Shown here: positions 9,551-18,152 of the stretch, one piece after another
How positions within the stretch are numbered: the first letter of the stretch is position 1
How the letters are laid out: the number at the start of each line of letters is the position of its first letter
Origin: a virus
Taxonomy: Duplodnaviria; Caudoviricetes
Strand: one strand, 5' to 3'
Virus record (IMG/VR): IMGVR_UViG_3300040811_001959
Length of the DNA: 64,000 nt
Translations under genes and position numbers: made by a program
The notes under the pieces: generated by a model
Database searches by the model: none
Told to the model about the DNA's origin: nothing
What the model saw: only the letters and a program-made list of their open reading frames with translations

Positions 9551-10123
9551 TTAAATACCATAATTAAATGATAAACTAATCCTATCCTGATTTGTTTTGT
9601 TACCCTCTACACAATGTTTTAACCACCCTGGAAAAATATATAGGGCATTAGTTTTGGCGGCATACATTGTTTTACTACAATTATAGTAAGTTAACTGTTG
9701 TTGGTTGTCTGGTAAAAAATATTCTGCTCCGTCACCTCTTTCAAATAATAAATTTCCCATGTCAGGAGTGGCATCTACAAAATAGACACCACTAAATAAC
9801 GCTCCAGCATGATTATGCAGGGTATTATATGCACCAGGAGGATTTATATTTAACCATATATTATAAATTTTACATTGTGGTAAACCCACTTGCTCACAAC
9901 AATTATACACTTCCTTGTTGACATAGTCAATCAAAGTATCTATTTCTGTATTTTCTTTTTGCTTGATATCAGTAGATTGGTAGCCAATATAATTACTTAC
10001 TCGTCTGCCAGGATCATTTCTTTTTTTCTCATATGCCCATTTTTTAATTGCAGTATTATCAACCGCATGAACTATTGCAGACCAGATTACATTAGGAAAC
10101 CAAAGCTCCGAATGCATTGCCAT
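9551..10123 (-). CDS. 2OG-Fe(II) oxygenase superfamily protein
   Basis: YNTLHNHAGALFSGVYF...IFPGWLKHCVE...DRISLSFN. Confidence 0.8.
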   Translation of the reverse strand: MAMHSELWFPNVIWSAIVHAVDNTAIKKWAYEKKRNDPGRRVSNYIGYQSTDIKQKENTEIDTLIDYVNKEVYNCCEQVGLPQCKIYNIWLNINPPGAYNTLHNHAGALFSGVYFVDATPDMGNLLFERGDGAEYFLPDNQQQLTYYNCSKTMYAAKTNALYIFPGWLKHCVEGNKTNQDRISLSFNYGI

Positions 10124-10131
10124 TTTGCCTC

Positions 10132-10386
10132 TTATGTAGGTTTATAAAGACGTTTCATCCACCTAGCTTTTGCTGCAGCTTTTGCTTTCCTCCTTTTTTC
10201 GCTAGGTTTCACGTATTCTTGTTTGTTCCTTACTGTTTGAAGTATTCCTTCTTCTTGTACTTTTTTCTTGAATTTCCTTAGGGCAGCATCTGTATTATTA
10301 TTTTGAACAACTACTGCTATTCCTGGAATGAATAAATTATTATATATATAATTTTTTTTATAATCTTTTTTCTTAAAGAATGCCAA
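10132..10386 (-). CDS. rpsU: Ribosomal protein bS21
   Basis: VVVQNNNTDAALRKFKKKVQEEGIL...YVKPSEKRRKAK. Confidence 0.88.
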   Translation of the reverse strand: MAFFKKKDYKKNYIYNNLFIPGIAVVVQNNNTDAALRKFKKKVQEEGILQTVRNKQEYVKPSEKRRKAKAAAKARWMKRLYKPT

Positions 10387-10387
10387 C

Positions 10388-10768
10388 TTATCCTCGTAAA
10401 ATATCTTTTAATTGGTCTAGTGAGTAAATTTTATTATTGCTAATAAGATTAAATAGAATGTCTTCGCCTTGCGTAATGTAATAGGTATTACCAAATGATA
10501 TCAAATAGGATTCAATTTTTTTTATTTTAGGTGGTAAATTTTCTAATTCAAGGATACACCAGGTAACCATTCTATGAACATCTAGTAACCATGTGAATTC
10601 ATGATTATCTGTATTTACCTCATAGAGATAAATATCGAAATATTGTTTTGTGTTTTGTAATAAATTTTGTAATTCTAATCGTAAACCTTCAGATGGATTT
10701 ATTAATAGGACTGAAGAATTTCTACTATATAATTTATCAGGAGGGGTAATTAAATTTATATCGCTCAT
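10388..10768 (-). CDS. Hypothetical protein
   Basis: 126-aa ORF, TAAATA box upstream. Confidence 0.55.
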   Translation of the reverse strand: MSDINLITPPDKLYSRNSSVLLINPSEGLRLELQNLLQNTKQYFDIYLYEVNTDNHEFTWLLDVHRMVTWCILELENLPPKIKKIESYLISFGNTYYITQGEDILFNLISNNKIYSLDQLKDILRG

Positions 10769-10787
10769 ATAACCTAAAGTTATTTAT

Positions 10788-12116
10788 TTAGATAGTATTC
10801 TTGTTCACCCATTCTTCGTTACTTTTCTTTTCTTCAACTATTTTATCTATTTTTGTGTTAATTTCTTCGTTATTGGCAACTATAATTTTTTCATTTAGTT
10901 CTTGAATAACTTCAGTATTAACTATTTGTTCTTCAAGTACTGTACTTTTATTTGAAGTCTTAGTTTTAATAAATTCTAAAGTATATTGGCTAGCAATTAA
11001 TAATAAAACTGCTAAAGGATCAAAAACAAAAATTATAGTAATTATTACCCACCTTACTGCTTTTTCTAAAATATCTTTGTCAGCTGATTCGCCATAGACC
11101 ATTTCTGCAATATACTTAATTGGTCCTACTTCTGCTTCAAGTTTCCTTACATCTGCTTGCAATGCAAATTTTTCCTGTAATAATTTATCTAATTCTGCAT
11201 TATTGTTTTTTATTTTATTTTGCTCTTCTTCTAATAAACTAGAAACATCTTTTGCTTCTGTGCTTTGTAGTTGTGATCTATACGATGTGATTAATTGATT
11301 AGATTCCGCAATTTGTTTTTCTGCTTGTGCTCGTAACCTTGCAATTTCTTCTTTAGCTTGTTTTACTGTATCAGTATCAGAAGCATTTTGTATTTTATCT
11401 AGCCATTCTTGCCTTTCTGCAGACTTTTGCTCTTGATAGGCTGTAAATGCACTGGCTGTATTAGGTCCGTACTTTCCGTCAGCTTTTGTACCAACCATGC
11501 CTTGCGCTTTAGCAATTTCTCCATTATTAATAAAAGATTGTAATAGAGCTAAATTTTTATCAATCTTTGCTAATTCAGTTTGGTAAAGTTGGGTAGCAGA
11601 TGCAATGATGCGATTTTGTTCATCTATCAAAGGCTGGATGCGAGCATATGCAGCATCTATACGTTCTTGTTCTTTATCTATTTGCGTTTGTATTACAGCT
11701 TGTCCGCCAGTACCTTTTTCCTCTAACTTCGCAATTGATGCTTCAGACTTAGTAATAGCATCTTCGTAACGCAATATTTCTCGTGTTATACGTTCTTCTT
11801 GTGCTACACTCTCTTCACTTGCACTAGTTTGTTCTATATGGGCTTTTGATAGAAAGCCAAATATTCCCATTGATGTAATAAACATCAATACAATGACTGC
11901 CGCAGCGAGATATGTCCTAAGCCACCATTTAGCTTTAAACCAGAATTTGTGTAACCATACTGCAGTTACAAGTTTGCTAATTTCTAGTGTGCCTCCCATT
12001 ATTATAATAGGGATTGCTGCAGCAGAGAAAATAGCAACTAAACCTGCTACACTGTAATAAATTGCAATTGCACTAATAGAAAGTGCTGTGATAAGGGTGA
12101 GGTAAAAATATATCAT
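10788..12116 (-). CDS. Membrane-anchored coiled-coil protein with peptidoglycan-binding-like motif
   Basis: Three N-terminal TM segments, long coiled coil, ADGKYGPNT motif, C-terminal TM IIFVFDPLAVLLLIA. Confidence 0.6.
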   Translation of the reverse strand: MIYFYLTLITALSISAIAIYYSVAGLVAIFSAAAIPIIIMGGTLEISKLVTAVWLHKFWFKAKWWLRTYLAAAVIVLMFITSMGIFGFLSKAHIEQTSASEESVAQEERITREILRYEDAITKSEASIAKLEEKGTGGQAVIQTQIDKEQERIDAAYARIQPLIDEQNRIIASATQLYQTELAKIDKNLALLQSFINNGEIAKAQGMVGTKADGKYGPNTASAFTAYQEQKSAERQEWLDKIQNASDTDTVKQAKEEIARLRAQAEKQIAESNQLITSYRSQLQSTEAKDVSSLLEEEQNKIKNNNAELDKLLQEKFALQADVRKLEAEVGPIKYIAEMVYGESADKDILEKAVRWVIITIIFVFDPLAVLLLIASQYTLEFIKTKTSNKSTVLEEQIVNTEVIQELNEKIIVANNEEINTKIDKIVEEKKSNEEWVNKNTI

Positions 12117-12170
12117 GTAAATATTTATTCACATGTTATATTGGAAATCTAAGTGTTTTATAGAATAGAC

Positions 12171-13043
12171 TTATTTTTTGTATAAGGCTGGAACTTTCTC
12201 AATGGAGTCATATCTACCAATACCATCTGCCCACATTGTGAGAGGAGTTGTATTTTCGTGGAATTCTTTTCCATAACGATATATGAATAAATTATTTCTA
12301 ACATCATGCTCATTTGAGCTTTCTTCAGACTCAATTACTGTGATGCCATTGTACGTAAATACTTCTTCACCATTGAGCTTCAGAACAATAAATCCATCAT
12401 CCTTAGTTGACCACTTTATGTGCCATAAAAAATCATGCCATCTGTTTAGAGTGTTTGTTTCATCTGTTAGTTCAGTCCATCGATGACGGCGATAACTTTT
12501 TTGATCTGCACATCGTTCATCTATCCATAAACCATTTTCCCCCCAATAACGATATACTAAATTAAAACAACCCTGGACTCCAAGAGTGTAAAATTGATAT
12601 AAATTAATTATTGCAGTGGTTTTGTGCCTTAATGGTTTCTGGTATTTGAAATTTTCATCTAATTTTAACGAAACAGTATAGAACTCTTCTTTAGTACGTT
12701 CTCGCGACGTCATCTGCAGTTCAATCCTTTCGTTTTTCTGCTCACAGTCATCCCAACCATGATTCCATGTCTTGCTACAATCTCCAGGATGTAGCACGAA
12801 TCTAATCGAATCTTTTCCAACCCTTGCTTCTGTATCATCTATAACTATCCTCCCTGGCTTTGATGCTACAATATTATCAGAGTTCGCATGTAATCCTTCG
12901 ATGTTACCCTTATCATCAAAATATGCTTGCCCACTCTCAGTCATTGTCTCATATCTTGGCCCACGATAATGATTATCAGCAAGTGGAGTTAAACAACCAG
13001 ACAACACTGCTGCACTAATGATAGTAGATATAAAATTTTTCAT
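12171..13043 (-). CDS. Lipoprotein with polysaccharide-lyase-like beta-sandwich
   Basis: Lipobox LSGC; ERIEL...WHDFLWHIKWSTKDDGFIVLKLNG...Y.G.T pattern. Confidence 0.55.
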   Translation of the reverse strand: MKNFISTIISAAVLSGCLTPLADNHYRGPRYETMTESGQAYFDDKGNIEGLHANSDNIVASKPGRIVIDDTEARVGKDSIRFVLHPGDCSKTWNHGWDDCEQKNERIELQMTSRERTKEEFYTVSLKLDENFKYQKPLRHKTTAIINLYQFYTLGVQGCFNLVYRYWGENGLWIDERCADQKSYRRHRWTELTDETNTLNRWHDFLWHIKWSTKDDGFIVLKLNGEEVFTYNGITVIESEESSNEHDVRNNLFIYRYGKEFHENTTPLTMWADGIGRYDSIEKVPALYKK

Positions 13044-13061
13044 AGCCGTTAATTTTTTTTG

Positions 13062-13523
13062 TTAGGTTTTGCTTTTAAAATGCCAGTCGCCGTTTATACC
13101 TGAGTAGCAGGCTGTATCTTGCCAATTTTGCGATTGACCTTTGTATTGTAGGTTAGTATAAAATACATGGCACATTTTACTGCCAGATGGATATACAAAT
13201 ACCACTTTAACTTCGCCTCTGGCACTGCTATCAGGACTTATCCAGCGACAGGATTCTCCTAGATTGAGATTTTCTAATGCAAAAAATACACAACGTTGGT
13301 GTCTATCTCTGTCTTTTAAAGGAATAGCATAGGCATCGGCACTGCCTTTAAGTTTAGGCATTACCCTATGCCAGATATTACCAGTATTCGTTCTATTAGC
13401 TGTTGTTTCTTCACCATAATATGCTGTTGAATGTTGAGAACAAGCACCTGCACTAATAAGCGTACCTGCCATCAACAGCCTGCCAGCTACCGTCTGGAAA
13501 TTTACATAAAAATCCTTTAACAT
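13062..13523 (-). CDS. Lipoprotein, 17-kDa surface antigen-like (start uncertain)
   Basis: ISAGAC lipobox; W.SPDSSARGEV...CHVF...TAC...W C-terminal pattern. Confidence 0.55.
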   Translation of the reverse strand: MLKDFYVNFQTVAGRLLMAGTLISAGACSQHSTAYYGEETTANRTNTGNIWHRVMPKLKGSADAYAIPLKDRDRHQRCVFFALENLNLGESCRWISPDSSARGEVKVVFVYPSGSKMCHVFYTNLQYKGQSQNWQDTACYSGINGDWHFKSKT

Positions 13524-13779
13524 TTCTACCTCTTCCTTTTACTGAATAAGCAATATCATAAGGACGGCAATCTTCTGCCATACCTGTATCTTTTACAAAA
13601 TGTTCAACACGTGGTTTATCAGTACATTCAAGTATAGTAGCTGATTTAAGTTCTCCTTCTACATCTACCATTACTTCGGTAGAGTAACAGTAAGGAACAC
13701 CCTGCTCGGTTAGGGTGTTTACGTTATTACTAGCACAAGCACCTAGTGCGATCAAACCGAACAGGAATGAATTTTTCAT
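13453..13779 (-). CDS. Lipoprotein
   Basis: Start moved to MKNSFLFGLIALGAC (signal plus lipobox). Confidence 0.6.
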   Translation of the reverse strand: MKNSFLFGLIALGACASNNVNTLTEQGVPYCYSTEVMVDVEGELKSATILECTDKPRVEHFVKDTGMAEDCRPYDIAYSVKGRGRNVKGFLCKFPDGSWQAVDGRYAY

Positions 13780-13780
13780 A

Positions 13781-14353
13781 TTAGTTTTGGGAAAGTTTAT
13801 CAGTGTTAAATTGCTTTTGAGGCATGGTAGCATTTTTCTCTGCTTTACGTCTCTGAGCATATTCTATCATCTCGTCTACATTTTCCTTACTAAGTTTAAT
13901 CATAGTAAAGGAGTGGTAATTTCCTCCCATTTTATAACTATAATGTTCAGTTTCAGAATAGTGTAGCAGGGCTGTATCTGTAATTTTATTTACGATAAGC
14001 ATTTCTGTCTCAGTTTCCGAGCGCATTTCGCTTTCAGTGCCAATGTCATTCATGCGGATTTTGCTACCACTTGAAATTTCGCCATTAATCCTGTCTGCTA
14101 AATTACGTCTTGCAATTTGTAATGATTTGATATGGGCTGCAGATTCAAACCCACTTGAGCTGCTACCGCAACTATAATAGTAAGTAGTAGATTCCCAAAA
14201 TTTCCAACCAGATGATTCTGTATCGATATCTTTACAATTTTGATACCAGTCTGGTTGTACATATTCTTTGTGTGTCGCAACTTTTACAGTTGTTGTTCCT
14301 CCGCCACAGGCCGCAAGTGTTGCTACAACAGCAGCAATAAATAATTTTTTCAT
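13781..14353 (-). CDS. Lipoprotein, LPP20-like
   Basis: MKKLFIAAVVATLAAC lipobox; PDWY...G...A...A...ARRNLA pattern. Confidence 0.6.
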   Translation of the reverse strand: MKKLFIAAVVATLAACGGGTTTVKVATHKEYVQPDWYQNCKDIDTESSGWKFWESTTYYYSCGSSSSGFESAAHIKSLQIARRNLADRINGEISSGSKIRMNDIGTESEMRSETETEMLIVNKITDTALLHYSETEHYSYKMGGNYHSFTMIKLSKENVDEMIEYAQRRKAEKNATMPQKQFNTDKLSQN

Positions 14354-14381
14354 ATTTCCTATTTGGTTAAGGTTTTACTAT

Positions 14382-14409
14382 ATAATAACACACATGTTCA
14401 ATGTGTCAA
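14382..14409 (-). promoter_or_regulatory. Sigma70-type promoter for the lipoprotein operon, with an inverted repeat
   Basis: TTGACA-N16-TATTAT; ACACAT-N5-ATGTGT inverted repeat at 14390-14406 overlaps the -35. Confidence 0.6.
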
Positions 14410-14416
14410 GTATTTT

Positions 14417-15013
14417 TTACAACCATTTGTAAAAACGATGCTTTCCAATCCTACCAATTGGGTATAGTGTAGGGGCCCATTTTGGGGATACATATGTAGC
14501 ATGATAATGGGTGCTACCTTCGCTGATGCCACGCATTACATTCCTGCTCAATAACATATAGGCAACTGCTTGGGCCTGTTTCCAAGATTGTTGATCGTCT
14601 ATCTCATCTGGTTTGCCATCACAATACCAACTAAATTGGCATTTATTTTTTACAGGATGAAATACAGCATCGTTTGGATCTGGTGTTTGTTTAGTCTTCC
14701 ATGATTCGTAAACAGGGCCTTCATATATAACTGAACAGATATCATTTGGGTATCGCTTGTCATGCACTCGATTTAAAACCACATCTGCCACTGCAAATTG
14801 TCCTGCCATCATATCATTGCGTGCCTCGTGATAAATGTTTTTTGCAAGGCAATCTAGTTCAGGTTCAGTGATAGTATAAATTTCAGCTGGAAGTAGGTCA
14901 CTTAATGATTTATTAGACAGCTCATTTAAATTAGGAGAGCCAAGAGACTGGGGATTGGTAAAAGCGGAAAGCAATAACATTCCGCCTAATGCATAAATTA
15001 TTTTTTTTAACAT
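14417..15013 (-). CDS. Cell wall hydrolase, SleB/Hydrolase_2 family
   Basis: CLAKNIYHEAR...GQFAVADVVLNRV...CQFSWYCDGK...STHYHATYVSPKW. Confidence 0.92.
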   Translation of the reverse strand: MLKKIIYALGGMLLLSAFTNPQSLGSPNLNELSNKSLSDLLPAEIYTITEPELDCLAKNIYHEARNDMMAGQFAVADVVLNRVHDKRYPNDICSVIYEGPVYESWKTKQTPDPNDAVFHPVKNKCQFSWYCDGKPDEIDDQQSWKQAQAVAYMLLSRNVMRGISEGSTHYHATYVSPKWAPTLYPIGRIGKHRFYKWL

Positions 15014-16422
15014 TACTTCCTATCTGACGGAGATGATGTCCAGCTAATCGGACTATCTCCTTTTCCTGAAATTTTTTGTGTAAGTTGAGAAAGTTTTGTA
15101 CTAAAAAGTCTAATTTCTTTCATCCAATAATTTATCATCTTGTAATCTCTATCAGACAGTGTATCGTTGGGATTTACTTTTTTCAAAAATTCTTCTGCCG
15201 CAGTTACTTCTTTATTTAATCTCGTAAGTTGTGGTATTATAAATCTTAAATCTCGCCGGCTATACTGATCAAGTTCACGCTTACTCATATTATTAAAATC
15301 AAGTAGATCATTTTTTGCACTGTTAATAAGTTTTACAAAAGACATACCATGATTTTGTTTTGCCCATTCATTATTCTTAGCTCTTGCTTCTTTTCCTGTT
15401 TTACTCAAATTTGACATTGTTGAACTAATCATGTTACCAACCGATGTTAATCCTTTTAAAACAGGAGCAAGGGTATCTACTACACCAGGAGCCAGGCTTG
15501 CTAAAAATTCTTTCATTTGCTGTGGCGGTAATTTGAGGCTAGCTAATATCTTTTCCTTGTCTTTGTCGGTTGTAGCAGGATGTTCTAATCGGTGCTTAAC
15601 ATCTTCTAAATCTGTGGTTTTATTACCAGTCAATTCATTACCGATTTTACCTAGTTGCTTTAAACCTGCTTTGGTAATAAGGTTATTTACAGTAGCAATT
15701 TTTGCAGGACTTATCCTTGCATGTTTAATAGCTTCCATAAACCCATTAAGTAAACTTTGTTTTTCTCGTTCGCGGATATTATTTGGATCTTTAAGTCTCC
15801 TTGTTACGTTTTTAACCCAGAAATCTATATTTTTTTGAGTTATTACACCATTAAGGCCAAGTGCATCAACTTCTGATACAGGATCGTTTTGCATTTTTTG
15901 TAGTAATGGTTTCACCATTCTTTTTAAATCTTCACTCCAATCAGGTTTAGGAGCAAAAATTTTATCTTTACTATCTGGATTATCAGCCCATTGTTGATAA
16001 AGTACTTCAATGTGTTCTGGTCCTTTTAATTTAGCATTATCGCCTGATAACTTACTTGGTGCACCAGCTGGATCTAATTCATCATTCCCAAAGTTGATCA
16101 TAGCCTTTAGAGTGTTTCGTCCAACATCGCCGTCTGGTTTTAAACCTTCCTGCTTTTGGAATGCTTTTACAGCAGATGCAGTTTTTGCACCATACCAACC
16201 GTCTGGCTTAGGTAAGCCTGTTACAATTTTTCCAGCTTTATTTTTAACCTTATATTTAAAACCATTATCGGATAGAAATTGTTGCACAGCTATAACTTGA
16301 GGTTTAATCAACCCTTTTTTGCCACGTTTAAACATACCACCGTGGTCGTAGGTTTGAAACCATTCCCCAACGTCTTTAAGTGACATCTTTTTTTCTTCAA
16401 ATAAAATTTCATTTGCTAACAT
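15013..16422 (-). CDS. Peptidoglycan-binding domain protein
   Basis: VQQFL...PDGWYGAKTASAVKAFQKQEGLKPDGDVGRNT. Confidence 0.75.
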   Translation of the reverse strand: MLANEILFEEKKMSLKDVGEWFQTYDHGGMFKRGKKGLIKPQVIAVQQFLSDNGFKYKVKNKAGKIVTGLPKPDGWYGAKTASAVKAFQKQEGLKPDGDVGRNTLKAMINFGNDELDPAGAPSKLSGDNAKLKGPEHIEVLYQQWADNPDSKDKIFAPKPDWSEDLKRMVKPLLQKMQNDPVSEVDALGLNGVITQKNIDFWVKNVTRRLKDPNNIREREKQSLLNGFMEAIKHARISPAKIATVNNLITKAGLKQLGKIGNELTGNKTTDLEDVKHRLEHPATTDKDKEKILASLKLPPQQMKEFLASLAPGVVDTLAPVLKGLTSVGNMISSTMSNLSKTGKEARAKNNEWAKQNHGMSFVKLINSAKNDLLDFNNMSKRELDQYSRRDLRFIIPQLTRLNKEVTAAEEFLKKVNPNDTLSDRDYKMINYWMKEIRLFSTKLSQLTQKISGKGDSPISWTSSPSDRK

Positions 16423-16454
16423 TGTATATCCTTACATCATTTTTTATATTTAGC

Positions 16455-16762
16455 AAAAAAGCAGGAGGGATAGTCCGTTCTGTTGCCCGGTGGACTATGC
16501 CGCGGAGTTCACAACGTATTAGGCTGCGAGTAATTCACCTTCACTAGCCATTGACATGTCTAATGAAGTAAATGCTCCAGGTACAAAATTTTCGTTTGCA
16601 CTTATAAAAGTTTCTTGCATTAACCGAGCTTGCTCCGGATAACTCAGCATCCCTACTTACTGCTTGTCGAATACCTGAACACCCCCGTATGTTGAAAAAT
16701 GTGTGGTGGAGGTGGCCGGAATCGAACCGGCGTCCAAGTTCAGCTTTTGTTCAGCGTCATCG
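16455..16762 (-). ncRNA. ssrA: tmRNA, circularly permuted two-piece form
   Basis: Acceptor piece ends GGTTCGATTCCGGCCACCTCCACCA (CCA end at 16704). After 17 nt the coding piece starts GGGGGTG (16686), giving a 7-bp acceptor stem with G3-U70. Tag frame 16599-16519 reads ANENFVPGAFTSLDMSMASEGELLAA-stop. Confidence 0.93.
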
Positions 16763-16765
16763 TTA

Positions 16766-16870
16766 TTAGTTTAGATCAGGTACGTGTAAAGCAATTTCTG
16801 CTGACCAAATTAATATGTATATAATAAACATGCACAATAACCAAATAGCCAAGTTTTTACCGTCACGCAT
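16766..16870 (-). CDS. 34-aa single-TM peptide (not in ORF track)
   Basis: MRDGKNLAIWLLCMFIIYILIWSAEIALHVPDLN; fills the gap between the mini-ORF and tmRNA. Confidence 0.5.
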   Translation of the reverse strand: MRDGKNLAIWLLCMFIIYILIWSAEIALHVPDLN

Positions 16871-16884
16871 CTTAATCTCTTACG

Positions 16885-16965
16885 TTAGCAGCCGCACTCT
16901 TTGCAATTAGGTTTACAGTCTTTGCAGTTGCACGGATTGCATTTACAGTTTGGATTATTACACAT
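16885..16965 (-). CDS. 26-aa metallothionein-like peptide (not in ORF track)
   Basis: MCNNPNCKCNPCNCKDCKPNCKECGC, 9 Cys; AAGGAG SD 6 nt upstream; TAAATA box at 16984-16989. Confidence 0.75.
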   Translation of the reverse strand: MCNNPNCKCNPCNCKDCKPNCKECGC

Positions 16966-16986
16966 AATTTTCTCCTTGTCAAGTAT

Positions 16987-17118
16987 TTATTTGCCTTGTC
17001 CACGATATCTTTTCCATGCCCTTCGAATTCCTTTATTCTTGGGACGGCTATAGCCACTGTTTCCTATACTAGTCCTTTTACGAAATCTTGTTCTTTTTTG
17101 TATTTTAAATTGTGCCAT
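16987..17118 (-). CDS. 43-aa highly basic peptide ending KRYRGQGK (not in ORF track)
   Basis: MAQFKIQKRTRFRKRTSIGNSGYSRPKNKGIRRAWKRYRGQGK; AGGAG SD; follows the PAAR gene. Confidence 0.75.
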   Translation of the reverse strand: MAQFKIQKRTRFRKRTSIGNSGYSRPKNKGIRRAWKRYRGQGK

Positions 17119-17125
17119 ATTTCTC

Positions 17126-17425
17126 CTAAACAGCAAAAGTAGTAGGTGAGCAAGAGTCTACGATTGTACCAGAATAGGTTCCAGAGAAAGGATCGCCTGT
17201 CCTTGCAACGGCTAAATTATCTGCATAGGTAGTACTAGCTCCACTAGAAATTTTTCCTGTATGACCGCAGTCTGCGGTTACTGTGTCAGTTACCCTTCCA
17301 ACTGCAATTCCATCTGCATAGGTGGTCGGTGAGCTACCTGTAATTTTTCCTCCTATTGCTAAAGGAGGACTGTGTGCAGAACAGACACCAAATGTTTTAT
17401 CGTCTTTCCTTGCTACTGCTGCCAT
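17126..17425 (-). CDS. PAAR-domain spike tip protein (gp5.4-like)
   Basis: AAVARKDD...CSAH...AVGRVTD...DCGH...AVARTGD. Confidence 0.85.
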   Translation of the reverse strand: MAAVARKDDKTFGVCSAHSPPLAIGGKITGSSPTTYADGIAVGRVTDTVTADCGHTGKISSGASTTYADNLAVARTGDPFSGTYSGTIVDSCSPTTFAV

Positions 17426-17427
17426 AA

Positions 17428-17604
17428 TTACATCGCATTCTTTTTGTCTTGGATTTCTTTCCTGCGATCTTTTGTTAATTTGCCTAGATCACCAAGAGCT
17501 TTCCTTGCCCTTGCTGCGGCTGCTTTTACGCCTTTGTCATCAAATGTAGCTGTTTCTGCCATATACATTGTATAGGCATGTACTATTTGTTCATGTAATG
17601 TCAT
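17428..17604 (-). CDS. Histone H1-like Hc1-family small basic protein (not in ORF track)
   Basis: MTLHEQIV...KGVKAAAARARKALGDLGKLTKDRRKEIQDKKNAM; GGAG SD. Confidence 0.65.
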   Translation of the reverse strand: MTLHEQIVHAYTMYMAETATFDDKGVKAAAARARKALGDLGKLTKDRRKEIQDKKNAM

Positions 17605-17605
17605 T

Positions 17606-17899
17606 TTATACTCCTAAACTTATTCCTGTTGTTGATTGTAAGTAATGATCTGCAACTTCTTTGTGACTTTTTGCAGTAATTACTATTTGGTTTTTACTTA
17701 CGGTTAAATCCTTTTCTGGATCAACGGTCAGCATAAAAGGTATCATTGCTAATCCTTTTTCTGACATCATTGCCGCAAGTGGCTGTTTTAATTTCATTGT
17801 ATTTGTGTCGTCTGCTAGTAGTTTTCCTACTATTTCTTCTCCTGACGAAAGTCTAACCGATATTACATCACCTGTTGTATAAGGTGCTTCTATTAACAT
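17606..17899 (-). CDS. Small phage protein, possible Sm-like fold
   Basis: GDVISVRLSSGEEIVGKL...LKQPL...PFMLT. Confidence 0.5.
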   Translation of the reverse strand: MLIEAPYTTGDVISVRLSSGEEIVGKLLADDTNTMKLKQPLAAMMSEKGLAMIPFMLTVDPEKDLTVSKNQIVITAKSHKEVADHYLQSTTGISLGV

Positions 17900-17900
17900 T

Positions 17901-18152
17901 TTATCCTTTGTGCATAATGTTTTGATAATTCATAGTTTCTACGTATGTAATCATTTGATCACACCCACCTACACTTTTACCGTCAATGGTAATTTGTGGA
18001 AAAGTCTTTGCGCCTGGAAACCATTCAAAGATTTGTTCTCTTGTAAAATCTTTGTCTAGTTGCTTATACTCGTAATCTAGATTCCTAGTTTCACAGAAAA
18101 CTTTTGCTTGGTGACACTTAGGACAAGAACTTTTTCCAAAAATTTCTATCAT
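17901..18152 (-). CDS. Glutaredoxin (NrdC-like)
   Basis: GKSSCPKC, AKTFPQI, VGG; directly after nrdB. Confidence 0.88.
   Translation of the reverse strand: MIEIFGKSSCPKCHQAKVFCETRNLDYEYKQLDKDFTREQIFEWFPGAKTFPQITIDGKSVGGCDQMITYVETMNYQNIMHKG

Noticed and set aside
16704-16740. tRNA gene (T-arm and CCA visible)
   Set aside because: No anticodon or D arm upstream; the matching 5' acceptor strand lies downstream, so this is the acceptor piece of a permuted tmRNA.
16872-17057. 61-aa ORF from the track
   Set aside because: Overlaps two better-supported small ORFs in other frames that have strong SD sequences and coherent composition.
17606-17899. GroES co-chaperonin (size and chaperone context)
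   Set aside because: Lacks the PLxDRV and mobile-loop GGI motifs.
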